From NCBI GenBank assembly GCA_964354285.1, contig CAYGYR010000004.1, forward strand, positions 10,284-74,283: a stretch of 64,000 bases of DNA, written 5' to 3'. Of this stretch, positions 36,202-45,531 are shown piece by piece. A program made the translations under genes and the position numbers. Under the pieces are notes generated by a model, which saw nothing but the letters and a program-made list of their open reading frames with translations, ran no database searches and was not told the origin of the DNA. Origin of the DNA: an uncultured Methanosarcinales archaeon. Lineage in GTDB: Archaea > Nanobdellota > Nanobdellia > Woesearchaeales > ARS49. Position 1 is the stretch's first letter. Every line of letters begins with the position of its first letter.

Positions 36202-36933
36202 ATGAGTAACTATTGGCTTTTGCTTGCACCTATTGCAATATTTGCTTTTCTGCTCTACACAGATTCTCCTGCTGGGCAGGTAATAGGCCCGATGCAGCAC
36301 TTTTATTATGTATCAGAAGGGCCTGCCAGGCAGATACTGATTGAAACACCAGGAGCAATAGCTGTAAGGGGGTATGTTCCGCGGTCAAAAGTCATAAGGC
36401 AGAATATTCTTGATTATTTCCCCAATGAAATAAATCCAGCTGTGAGGGATATTGACAAGACAAGAGTATATGCCATACGAAGGGCGCTTTTGGAAAACCT
36501 GAAAGAAGAAAATTATCTGGGAACAAGAATTGGCTGTGATGTCATGGATTTCTTTCAAAGAGATCAAGATGCTGCAATCGCTCTTCTTGAGCTTGGCTGC
36601 CTTGCTGAGATGCAGCTTCCAGGCGCAGGCGTTTATGGTGATATCAATGTGGTCAACCCAACTAAACTTGGCGGCTACTACCCATTTACAGATATTGGCT
36701 ACATTCCCTGCAATGAAAACCTAAAAGAAGTATCAAGGCAGGCTCTTGGTGATTTGCTTGAGGTAGACAGGCTCATTGCAGAGGGAACTGTTGGCGTGGC
36801 CAAGTGCAGGGAAGCTGATGCGAAGTTCAGCCTGGCGCTTGCTGCAGGAAGCAGGGCAAAAGGAGAGCCTCTTGCAGAGCTTGACAGCTACCTCGCAGCC
36901 GTAAGAAAATCAGTGAGTTGCTATTGCAGATGA
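36202..36933 (+). CDS. secreted hypothetical protein
   Basis: N-terminal signal/TM, 243 aa; ATGA overlap with the M50 gene. Confidence 0.55.
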   Translation: MSNYWLLLAPIAIFAFLLYTDSPAGQVIGPMQHFYYVSEGPARQILIETPGAIAVRGYVPRSKVIRQNILDYFPNEINPAVRDIDKTRVYAIRRALLENLKEENYLGTRIGCDVMDFFQRDQDAAIALLELGCLAEMQLPGAGVYGDINVVNPTKLGGYYPFTDIGYIPCNENLKEVSRQALGDLLEVDRLIAEGTVGVAKCREADAKFSLALAAGSRAKGEPLAELDSYLAAVRKSVSCYCR

Positions 36934-37511
36934 AATTCTCAAAAATAGAGATACAAAACTTGCTAAGGGCATGGATTATAATCTCACTTGCTTTTGCAAT
37001 AGCTTTTTTCAAAGGATTTAGCTTCAGCAATGAATTCCTTGCTGCAGTGCTTGTTTCAGCATTCACAGGGGGAATAGGATTTATTCTTCATGAGCTTGGC
37101 CACAAATTCCTTGCGCAAAGGTACGGGTGCTGGGCTGAATTCAGGGCAAATAACTTCATGCTCGGGCTTGCTTTGATATTTTCTTTCTTCGGATTCATAT
37201 TTGCTGCACCTGGAGGGGTTTTCATCCAAGGTTATGTCACGAAAAGAAAGCATGCATACATTGCAATGATGGGACCCATAATAAATTTAGTTCTTGGAAT
37301 CGCTTTTGGGCTGCTTGCTTTTTTTGTGCCAGTAATAAAACCCATAGCACTTCCTGGAATGATGATAAACTTCTGGCTTGGCTTGTTCAATGCGCTCCCT
37401 TTCCCTATGTTTGACGGCCATAAAGTTTATGTCTGGAATAAAATTTGGTATTTTGTGCTCTTAGCTGCGGCCATAATTCTTACTTTTGGGAGCGGAAAGC
37501 TATTTGTTTAA
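36930..37511 (+). CDS. M50 (site-2 protease) family metalloprotease
   Basis: ILHELGHKF HExxH in a TM helix and FNALPFPMFDGHKV (NxxPxxxxDG). Confidence 0.85.
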   Translation: MKFSKIEIQNLLRAWIIISLAFAIAFFKGFSFSNEFLAAVLVSAFTGGIGFILHELGHKFLAQRYGCWAEFRANNFMLGLALIFSFFGFIFAAPGGVFIQGYVTKRKHAYIAMMGPIINLVLGIAFGLLAFFVPVIKPIALPGMMINFWLGLFNALPFPMFDGHKVYVWNKIWYFVLLAAAIILTFGSGKLFV

Positions 37512-37558
37512 GTCTTGACTTTTGCAGGGTATATAGGAAAATAGGCAAAAATCAAGTA

Positions 37559-37605
37559 AGTTAACTTTTGCATCCTATCAGATATATGAACTGCAAAAGT
37601 TAACT
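37559..37605. repeat. perfect 14-bp inverted repeat, 19-nt loop
   Basis: AGTTAACTTTTGCA (37559-37572) / TGCAAAAGTTAACT (37592-37605), downstream of the M50 gene. Confidence 0.8.
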
Positions 37606-37655
37606 AAGTCAACAGCTTTTTAAACCACCTTCATCTATACCTTATTGGTGTAAAA

Positions 37656-38033
37656 ATGAGCAATGAACTTTGGTACAAATTAAATGAAGCGGAAATGGAG
37701 CAGCATAGCGCTTGGCTCAAAGCGCAATTTAAAAATGGCATGCTACGCCAATACGAATCTGTTTACTACCTAAAAGGCGGATCTTTCCTGCACAAATACT
37801 ACGCATATCTGTGCCATAGTGCAACTAAATCAACAAGCCTGAATCTTTATTCTAAATCAGACGCACCAGTTTATATACAAAACAACTCAAAAACAGCACA
37901 ACTTGCAGATCGTATTAAAAAAATTCTAAAAGGAAACCAAAAAAGCCTGGCAAGCTGTGAGCTTCCAGAAAATGCAGATCCCTTCTTAAAACGCGAATGG
38001 ACGATGATTCGCGATTGGCTATGCCTTGTTTAA
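37656..38033 (+). CDS. hypothetical protein
   Basis: 125-aa ORF. Confidence 0.5.
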   Translation: MSNELWYKLNEAEMEQHSAWLKAQFKNGMLRQYESVYYLKGGSFLHKYYAYLCHSATKSTSLNLYSKSDAPVYIQNNSKTAQLADRIKKILKGNQKSLASCELPENADPFLKREWTMIRDWLCLV

Positions 38034-38081
38034 TAGGATTTCAAAACATTTTTAAACCCAGTATCAAACCTTTCTTCTGGG

Positions 38082-38540
38082 GTGAATATTATGAAATATG
38101 TAATTGCATTGTGTTTTGTATTGTTAGTTCTGGCTGGCTGCGAAAAAGCAGCTGAAAAGCAGATGGAAGCAAAGATAGAGGCAGAGACAGGCGGAAATGC
38201 AGATGTTGACATCAATAAAGGAGATATGACCATAAAGACAGATGAAGGAACAGTTGAAGTGACTGGAATAGAGGGAGCAACTCCAGGAGACTGGTGCAAA
38301 GAAGGTGCTGAATGGAAGTTCACATCAGCTGAAACAGCACAACAAGATGTTTCTGCAAAATGGATAATTAAAGGAATGGGCTCTGGAGAGTATAGCGGAT
38401 TATGCCACGTGGTTTATACCATGCAGTCAAGCCAGGGCACTGTAGACATGGATTATTACTTTGCCAAAGACGGCAAATCAGGATATGCCGTGATAAAGCT
38501 GCCAAACGGACAAACCATGAAGCAGGAGTGGAAAGGGTAG
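38082..38540 (+). CDS. lipoprotein (hypothetical)
   Basis: Lipobox LVLAGCEK; GGGGTGA-like SD. Confidence 0.6.
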   Translation: MNIMKYVIALCFVLLVLAGCEKAAEKQMEAKIEAETGGNADVDINKGDMTIKTDEGTVEVTGIEGATPGDWCKEGAEWKFTSAETAQQDVSAKWIIKGMGSGEYSGLCHVVYTMQSSQGTVDMDYYFAKDGKSGYAVIKLPNGQTMKQEWKG

Positions 38541-38635
38541 AGTTTTTTTATTTTTTTTCATATATTAACTTTTAAATTAGAAATCTTCTATAGAAAATAA
38601 ATAATTTTATATACTTCTAAAAAAGTATTCATATT

Positions 38636-38899
38636 ATGAATCAAAAAGAGATTGAAAAAGAGCTTAAGCAAATAAAAGAGAGAAATAAAAGAGTAGAATT
38701 AGACAAAGCCTGGGAAACAAGTTTGGCAAGAAAAATTCTCATTCTGATATTTACTTATCTTGCTATTGGAATCTATTTATGGGCTATACATATTCCTAAA
38801 CCTTGGTTAAATGCAATAGTTCCTGCTGTGGCTTTTGTATTGTCAACATTGACTATGTCATTCTTTAAGAAATTGTGGGCAAACAAAATCTATAAGTAA
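38636..38899 (+). CDS. small two-TM membrane protein
   Basis: 87 aa, charged N-terminus then two TM helices. Confidence 0.5.
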   Translation: MNQKEIEKELKQIKERNKRVELDKAWETSLARKILILIFTYLAIGIYLWAIHIPKPWLNAIVPAVAFVLSTLTMSFFKKLWANKIYK

Positions 38900-38949
38900 T
38901 ACTCTCTGGCTTTTTCTAAGAAAAGATAAAAGTTAAATGTGTTGGCAAA

Positions 38950-39045
38950 GATCTGTCCTGAGTGTGGCTCGCACGAAGTGCTCGCGGTTACATATGCAGA
39001 ACAATAGCCAGCATATGCACTTGTCTCTGTGCGAAGCACTTCATA
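38950..39045 (+). ncRNA. GC-rich intergenic element, copy 2 (candidate structured sRNA)
   Basis: Homolog of 21021-21120; hairpin GCAC-GAA-GTGC (38971-38981), CATATGC/GCATATG (38991-97 / 39011-17), GAAGTGCT/AGCACTTC (38975-82 / 39035-42); strand not established. Confidence 0.3.
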
Positions 39046-39099
39046 TTGACACAAAATAATCAAAAGATTTAAGTACATTAAAAACATATATTAATCTCA

Positions 39100-39378
39100 A
39101 TGGAGCAATACAATATGACTAATTTAAGGCCCGATTCACCTAGAGATGAATCTGAACGAGCATACATCATAGGGAGAATTGAGGAAAAAGAAAAACAAAC
39201 AGGCGGCCTTGAATGTGTTCTAACTTTTGAGTATCATCATACAGGAGGATTCCGCTTTAACACAAGGACGCTAGCTGAGGCAGAAGAAAAGCAAGATGAT
39301 TCTGCACCAAAGATTGTTAGGTATTGGAAAAAAGAAAAATTCATGGCAGCGAATCAAAATTTAATCGGTTCTATCTAA
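39100..39378 (+). CDS. hypothetical protein
   Basis: 92-aa ORF. Confidence 0.45.
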   Translation: MEQYNMTNLRPDSPRDESERAYIIGRIEEKEKQTGGLECVLTFEYHHTGGFRFNTRTLAEAEEKQDDSAPKIVRYWKKEKFMAANQNLIGSI

Positions 39379-39413
39379 TAACATATGTTCTAAAACGAAA
39401 CTGATTATCTTTT

Positions 39414-39477
39414 CACTAATTATATAAACCTCTTATTATTTCTAGGTATTGTAAAAAACACTAATATTTATTTTCAA
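39414..39477 (+). repeat. 64-nt promoter/leader-like direct repeat, copy A
   Basis: CACTAATTATATAAACCTCTTATTATTTCTAGGT...TTTTCAA; 59/64 identical to 40409-40472. Confidence 0.85.
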
Positions 39478-39530
39478 GTAAGAGTTAATATCCGCAATCT
39501 TTAAAAACAGCATTACTCTTTTTTTATAAA

Positions 39531-40010
39531 ATGATTCACTTAGACTGCCAGCAATTCCATGAAAGAATTGGTTCTTTGCTGAACAAATTTAAGCCAAATA
39601 CTGAGGTTTTTGAAGAAATAAGGCAAAAAGAAAAACTGCAAATTGATCCAAGCCAATGCAAAGACATTGATTTAATAATTTTAAAAGAACAAGAGCTTGG
39701 CACTGTTATATCTGTTGAAGGATCTGGATTGAGGAAATATCTGTTACGAATAAATAAAGGAACTTTTGATATCTGGCAAAATCCGAAAGCTAACGGCTTA
39801 AGAGGCCCTCTGGAATGCATTATTTCATTTCTTGAAACTGGCAAGCATGAATCATTTGATCTTGAAGAAGGTGTAATGAAAAAAACATATGGATTTAGCC
39901 TGCCTCTCTTTCTATACAACGGAACCAAGCCTCTTGAAAGAAGCGCTATAAAACCCCAGGGCCCATTGCTAGATAAATACGAGCATATCTACGTTTGGAA
40001 GAAAGCGTAA
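39531..40010 (+). CDS. hypothetical protein
   Basis: 159 aa; own CTTTAAAAA box 30 nt upstream. Confidence 0.5.
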   Translation: MIHLDCQQFHERIGSLLNKFKPNTEVFEEIRQKEKLQIDPSQCKDIDLIILKEQELGTVISVEGSGLRKYLLRINKGTFDIWQNPKANGLRGPLECIISFLETGKHESFDLEEGVMKKTYGFSLPLFLYNGTKPLERSAIKPQGPLLDKYEHIYVWKKA

Positions 40011-40089
40011 TGCAGTTGTCTCTGTGTCATTAGCGCTATCATAAGGAATTAGCATAAAATATATAAAGTAGATTTATTTAATTAAATTT

Positions 40090-40392
40090 ATGACAAATAA
40101 TTGGTTTATCATTTATCCTCACAAGGATAAGACCATAATTAAGGCGGAGTTTGAAAAATTAAAATTAAAAGAATTCGAAGTAAATATAATCATAGTTAAT
40201 GATAATATTTCCAAAAAGGAAGCAAATGAATATGTTGAATTTATTAACAAGAATTTAAAATATTCTGGCTTAATTAATACATCTTCTGATACAAAACTGA
40301 TTGATACTATCGAAAATCTGGGCGGAGTAGATAATGATGTTTTGTACATATTTAAAGATGGAAAGATTACAAGTAAAAATCTTACTTTCTAG
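40090..40392 (+). CDS. hypothetical protein
   Basis: 100-aa ORF, very AT-rich. Confidence 0.45.
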   Translation: MTNNWFIIYPHKDKTIIKAEFEKLKLKEFEVNIIIVNDNISKKEANEYVEFINKNLKYSGLINTSSDTKLIDTIENLGGVDNDVLYIFKDGKITSKNLTF

Positions 40393-40408
40393 GTGCTCTG
40401 ATCCTTAA

Positions 40409-40472
40409 CACTAATTATATAAACCTCTTATTATTTCTAGGTGTGGTAAAAAGCACTGATATTTGTTTTCAA
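40409..40472 (+). promoter_or_regulatory. 64-nt promoter/leader repeat, copy B, directly upstream of lhr
   Basis: Contains TTATATAAA box about 58 nt before the lhr ATG; ends 1 nt before the start codon. Confidence 0.6.
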
Positions 40473-40473
40473 T

Positions 40474-43362
40474 ATGGAAACTAAAGAAGAAAGTAAGATA
40501 ACTGTAATGGAGAAGCCATACAAGGCAGAAGAGATAGAGACAATACTAAACCCAACTGTAAAGCAATGGTTCTTCTTCAGATTCAAGGAGTTCTCGCTTC
40601 CGCAATTATACGGAGTGATGGAGATACACAAGCGAAAAAACATACTTGTCTCAGCACCAACAGGAGCAACAAAAACACTCACAGGATTCTTATCCATACT
40701 TAATGAATTAGTTGATTCAGCTGAAAAAGGAATACTCCAAGACAAGATTTACTGCGTATACATCTCTCCATTAAAAGCATTGAATAATGATATCCAGAAA
40801 AATCTCAAAGAACCATTAGAAGAAATAGAAAAAATAGCAGGCAAAAAACTAGGCATAAGAGTTGCTGTAAGGACAGGAGACACAACAGCTTCTGAAAAAT
40901 CAAAGATGCTGAAGCATGTTCCGCATATCTTAATCACAACACCAGAATCACTATCCATAGTTCTCTCATCAATCAAGTTCAGGGATCACCTAAAGAATGT
41001 AGAGTGGTGCATAATTGACGAAATACATGCATTGGCTGAAAACAAAAGAGGAACACACCTCTCATTATCCCTTGAAAGATTAGACTACATCTCTGCTCAC
41101 ATGTGCAGGATTGGGTTATCAGCAACAGTCGCTCCTTTAGAAGAGGTTGCAAAATTCCTTGTCGGGCCAACAAGAGATTGTGAAATAGTTGATGTGCAGT
41201 TCATAAAAGAAATGGATTTGCAAGTGATTAGCCCTGTTGAAAATTTAATAGACACAACTCATGAATCACTGCACTACAAAATGTATGAGTTGATTGATGA
41301 ATTAATCCAAGCGCACAAGACAACTTTAATCTTCACAAACACAAGAGCTGCAACAGAGAGAGTCGTAGACCACCTCAAAAATAAATTCCCAACAAAATAC
41401 GCAAACAATATTGGTGCGCATCATGGAAGCTTAAGCAAAAGGCACAGGTTACTGATAGAAGAAAGCCTGAGAAAAGGAGAGCTAAAAGCAGTTGTCTGCT
41501 CAACATCATTAGAATTAGGAATTGATATTGGTTACATTGATCTCGTCATCTGTTTAGGCAGCCCGAAATCAGTCGCAAGATTCCTGCAAAGAGCAGGAAG
41601 AGCAGGCCACAGGCTGCATGAAAAAGTCAAAGGAAGAATAATAGTCATGGACAGGGATGACTTAATCGAGTGCGCAGTCCTATTAAAGTCAGCTGTTGAA
41701 AAGAAAATAGACAAGCTTCACATACCAGTAGGAGCTTTAGATGTTCTTGCGCAAACCATTGCAGGAATGGCTTTAGAGCAAGTGTGGGATGAAAAGGAAT
41801 TATATGAAACCATAAAGAAAAGCTACTGCTACAAAGACCTTGACAAAAAAGATTTCAGTGAAGTCCTGGACTATCTTGCTGGAAAATTTGTTGACCTTGA
41901 AGACAGGCATGTCTATGCAAGAATCTGGAGAGACGAAGGAAAGATAGGAAAAAGAGGCAAGCTTGGCAGGGTCATTTACATGACAAACACAGGAACAATC
42001 CCAGACGAAAGCTTCATCACAGTAAAAATAGGGGAGCAGGCAATTGGAAAACTAGATGAGGCATTCCTTGAAAAGTTAAAGCCAGGAGATGTATTTGTTT
42101 TAGGCGGAGATACTTACATGTTCAAGTTCTCAAGAGGAATGGTAGCTCAAGTCCAGGCATCAAGCAGCAGGCCTCCAACAGTGCCAAGATGGGTATCTGA
42201 AATGCTTCCACTAAGCTTTGACTTGGCATTAGAGATAGGGCGGCTAAGAAGATTGATGTTTGAAAGGTTCAATGCAAAAAAATCAAAAGTAGACATACTC
42301 AACTGGCTCCATGAATACCTGTATGTTGATGCAAAAGCAGCAAAAGCAGTCTATGAATACATGAGAGAGCAGTATGATTATGTAAAGCAGATACCAAATG
42401 ACAAGATGATTCTTATTGAGCACTATGACGATGACAGGCAGAAAAAAATAATATTCCATTCCCTGTTCGGAAGGAGAGTAAATGACTGCCTCAGCAGGGC
42501 AGTTGCATATGCAATCTCAAGAAACGAGCACAAAGATGTAGAGATGGGAATAAATGACAATGGCTTCTACATAACAGGAGACAAGAAAATAAACGCAGTG
42601 CGGGCGCTGAAGCTTTTGAAAGCAGAAAAGCTTGACATGATCATGAGGCTGGCAATAGAAAACTCAGAGGTTTTCAAAAGAAGATTCAGGCACTGCGCAA
42701 CAAGAGCATTAATGATTTTAAGAAATTACATGGGGCATCAGAAAAATGTCGGAAGGCAGCAGGTAAGCTCAATGATACTGATGTCTGCCTTGAAAAGAAT
42801 AAGCAATGACTTCTCAATCCTAAAAGAGACAAGAAGAGAGGTTCTAGAAGACCTTATGGATATTGGAAGCACAAAAAAAGTAATCAAAGGAATAGAAGAT
42901 GGTAGCATAAAAGTGGTTGAGATAGATACAAGAATACCAACTCCGTTTGCCTTCAATTTAGCAATCCAAGGATATGCTGACATAATGAAAATAGAAGACA
43001 AGCACGAATTCCTCAAAAGAATGCATGAAATGGTCCTTGTAAAAATCGGATTAAAAAATCCAGAAGCTGAAATAAAATCAAAAATAACTCAAGTGAAAGA
43101 CTACAAGGAAATATTTGATGAAATAGAGCAAAAGCAATTGACGGAAGAAGAGCAGAAGCAGAAAGACTTGAAGCGAATGGTCTGGGGCCTAAAAAGAGTC
43201 CCAATGTTTGCAAAAGACGAATTAATCAAATTAATTGATGGAGACAAAGAAATAAGGCAGGATGTAATCAGCTCAATTGATAGATACAAATCAGAGATAA
43301 AAAAGACCTGGCCAAAAGAGCTTCAGGAGTTTGTTTTTAAGAGGATTAAGGAAATAAGCTAA
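40474..43362 (+). CDS. lhr: Lhr-family ATP-dependent DEAD/DEAH-box helicase
   Basis: SAPTGATKT, IIDEIH, LSATV, LELGIDIG, QRAGRAGH, plus a long C-terminal DEAD-associated region; 962 aa. Confidence 0.93.
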   Translation: METKEESKITVMEKPYKAEEIETILNPTVKQWFFFRFKEFSLPQLYGVMEIHKRKNILVSAPTGATKTLTGFLSILNELVDSAEKGILQDKIYCVYISPLKALNNDIQKNLKEPLEEIEKIAGKKLGIRVAVRTGDTTASEKSKMLKHVPHILITTPESLSIVLSSIKFRDHLKNVEWCIIDEIHALAENKRGTHLSLSLERLDYISAHMCRIGLSATVAPLEEVAKFLVGPTRDCEIVDVQFIKEMDLQVISPVENLIDTTHESLHYKMYELIDELIQAHKTTLIFTNTRAATERVVDHLKNKFPTKYANNIGAHHGSLSKRHRLLIEESLRKGELKAVVCSTSLELGIDIGYIDLVICLGSPKSVARFLQRAGRAGHRLHEKVKGRIIVMDRDDLIECAVLLKSAVEKKIDKLHIPVGALDVLAQTIAGMALEQVWDEKELYETIKKSYCYKDLDKKDFSEVLDYLAGKFVDLEDRHVYARIWRDEGKIGKRGKLGRVIYMTNTGTIPDESFITVKIGEQAIGKLDEAFLEKLKPGDVFVLGGDTYMFKFSRGMVAQVQASSSRPPTVPRWVSEMLPLSFDLALEIGRLRRLMFERFNAKKSKVDILNWLHEYLYVDAKAAKAVYEYMREQYDYVKQIPNDKMILIEHYDDDRQKKIIFHSLFGRRVNDCLSRAVAYAISRNEHKDVEMGINDNGFYITGDKKINAVRALKLLKAEKLDMIMRLAIENSEVFKRRFRHCATRALMILRNYMGHQKNVGRQQVSSMILMSALKRISNDFSILKETRREVLEDLMDIGSTKKVIKGIEDGSIKVVEIDTRIPTPFAFNLAIQGYADIMKIEDKHEFLKRMHEMVLVKIGLKNPEAEIKSKITQVKDYKEIFDEIEQKQLTEEEQKQKDLKRMVWGLKRVPMFAKDELIKLIDGDKEIRQDVISSIDRYKSEIKKTWPKELQEFVFKRIKEIS

Positions 43363-43700
43363 AGAATCTTATACGCCTCAGCATGCCTTCTCAACAGAGT
43401 ATTGTTCCTTACATCTTCTTTTGTAAGAATTCTCTTTACAACCCAATACTCTCCTGTTATTGAATTCCTCTGCATATAACCAAAATTAATAAGTTCCCTT
43501 CTCAGAAGAGTATAATCATCAAAATATTGCTTAATTATATCAGTTACTTCCTGTTCTTTATATTTCCTGTTGTCTTCAAACTCTTTTAGCAAGACAAGAA
43601 GGACTGCTTGCTTCTCAAAATCATTCCTTGGAAAATTCTTGTGCTTAACACACTTCTTGAAGAACTCTTCTGTGTCAAAAGGAAATTTGATTTCTTGCAT
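43359..43700 (-). CDS. DUF2087-like small regulator
   Basis: YKEQEVTDIIKQYFDDYTLLRRELINFGYMQRN resembles the DUF2087 core. Confidence 0.6.
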   Translation of the reverse strand: MQEIKFPFDTEEFFKKCVKHKNFPRNDFEKQAVLLVLLKEFEDNRKYKEQEVTDIIKQYFDDYTLLRRELINFGYMQRNSITGEYWVVKRILTKEDVRNNTLLRRHAEAYKIL

Positions 43701-44747
43701 TCACTCGCTCGCATAAAGATTTCTTGTCAATCTATGGATATCAACAATGTCAGAGAGCATTGCCTTCAGCTTTGCGACTATCTGGGCAATCTCTATTGTT
43801 TTGTTCTTAAGGAAGTATGCATCAAGAGAATCAGCTATCTCCCCCCTGGTTAGCATGACAGAGCATTCTGATTTCTTGGTATAATACAAAGTCATTGTTG
43901 TGCAGTATTCCTGGTAAATCCTCTCAATCAATTTTTTTAATCCAGGAAGGTCTGCATTCTTTTTCTTCTTCACAATACTCAGGATTCTCGCAATCCTTTT
44001 TGCCTGGTCTGCAACCTTCTCAATCCTTATCTGAAGCTCCCAGTAGCCAAGTGCCTCAAGATTAGAGATATGCAGCGCCTGCTTCACAGACGGATCTGTG
44101 AAAGCAGTCTTGAGTATCTTGAGAATCAGGAAGGTTATCCTGTTCACATCAAAATCCCGGTTGACTATAAGCTCGTGAATATCATCCCCCGTGGTCATGT
44201 TAATCGTATCAAGAATCATAGACCTCGTTATGTTATCAATGCGCCTTGTGAGCTTGTCAAGCGAAACTGTCTTTATGTCAATGAAGCTGTCTGCAACAAG
44301 CTTTGTCGATGACTCGTCCACAATCTCGAGCGCAAACAAGCCTGCAATCTCTTTTTTTATAAAATCAAGATGCTTTGGAATGTCTTTTCCCTTGAGAACA
44401 ATGATGCTGTAAGGATTAAGATACGCAGAGACAAGCTCCCTGTGGATGCAGTGCTGCTCTTTATTATCTACATTTATGACAATTTCCTTCTGCTGGACAG
44501 TAGATGCCTGGTATTTTGTTGATACGACAAGCTCATTATCCCCTTTTTCCTCTATGTAGAGCTTGTCACCTTTCTTGAGCTTGTTCCTTTCAATCCAGTC
44601 CTTTGGAATCGCAACTGTGTAAGATGCCTTTCCTGATTTTACTATTGTCCTGACGTCCATATTCTCAGGGAGAGGCGGCTTGCTTATAAAACTTTCGTTC
44701 TGGACTGTATAAAACGTGTTTTCTTCGCTCTCTAACGTGTTTTCCAT
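43701..44747 (-). CDS. AbrB/SpoVT-PhoU fusion regulator (archaeal phosphate-uptake-regulator type)
   Basis: ASYTVAIPKDWIERNKLKKGDKLYIEE AbrB-type N-domain followed by two PhoU-like helical repeats. Confidence 0.8.
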   Translation of the reverse strand: MENTLESEENTFYTVQNESFISKPPLPENMDVRTIVKSGKASYTVAIPKDWIERNKLKKGDKLYIEEKGDNELVVSTKYQASTVQQKEIVINVDNKEQHCIHRELVSAYLNPYSIIVLKGKDIPKHLDFIKKEIAGLFALEIVDESSTKLVADSFIDIKTVSLDKLTRRIDNITRSMILDTINMTTGDDIHELIVNRDFDVNRITFLILKILKTAFTDPSVKQALHISNLEALGYWELQIRIEKVADQAKRIARILSIVKKKKNADLPGLKKLIERIYQEYCTTMTLYYTKKSECSVMLTRGEIADSLDAYFLKNKTIEIAQIVAKLKAMLSDIVDIHRLTRNLYASE

Positions 44748-44780
44748 TTTTTGATAGCTTTCGCCCTTTTTGCCGCTTTC

Positions 44781-45530
44781 TTAAAAAAAAAGATCGTCTT
44801 TCACGCTCTGCAGGATTGTATAAACCACTGCTTTTTTTGCCTGCCCTTTTGAAAGGTATTCAAGTGCAGTCTCCTGTGTATTCTTGTTTGCATTCGCAAA
44901 ATAGATATCTGTGGCAAGAAGATACTTCAGGTCACGGATATTCCTTGCATTAATCGCAGTTTCCTTGATCTTGTTATACTTGAACAATGAAAGGTATTTC
45001 TCAGTAACAAGCTCGCAAATCGGGCTTGGCTTCCTGAACTCATAAAATGCATCATCCCGCACCTGCGAACGATGGTTGCTCTGCGTCATCATCTCAAAAA
45101 GCGCATCTTTTCCTGTATCTTCAGGAGCTGCGACCATACTCTCCATCGCAGTCTGCATAAGCTGGAGGGCAAAATACTGGCTGAAGCGCTTCATGCTCAT
45201 CTTTTCAATGTCATATTTCTCTTTCCTGCAGCCAGTTATCTCAACCAGAACATCAAAAAGAATTGTCTTCTTGATTGAGTCATCACTTGTGTTGGCATCA
45301 ATTTTTGCGCGCCTTATAACGTCAACATCAACAAAAGTGTCAAGCAGGCAGGATTCAACAGGGTCAAGGGCGCCATAGTAGTGGGCTTTTGGCGAATAAT
45401 TCTGCCCGATAATGTATTTTACCTTGTCCTCGTATGTCCTAAAGCGCTCCTGCTTCTCACGGGCAGCCTGCTTTTCCTCATGCGTTTTGGCTTCTTCTGA
45501 AACCAGCATGCATAAATCAACTTCTTTCAT
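44781..45530 (-). CDS. alpha-helical hypothetical protein, last gene of the Ubl/E2/JAB/E1 operon
   Basis: ATG at 45530 follows the E1 stop as TAAGATG with AAGGTGGT SD; ORF-track start 45548 also possible; no motif recognised. Confidence 0.55.
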   Translation of the reverse strand: MKEVDLCMLVSEEAKTHEEKQAAREKQERFRTYEDKVKYIIGQNYSPKAHYYGALDPVESCLLDTFVDVDVIRRAKIDANTSDDSIKKTILFDVLVEITGCRKEKYDIEKMSMKRFSQYFALQLMQTAMESMVAAPEDTGKDALFEMMTQSNHRSQVRDDAFYEFRKPSPICELVTEKYLSLFKYNKIKETAINARNIRDLKYLLATDIYFANANKNTQETALEYLSKGQAKKAVVYTILQSVKDDLFF

Positions 45531-45531
45531 C

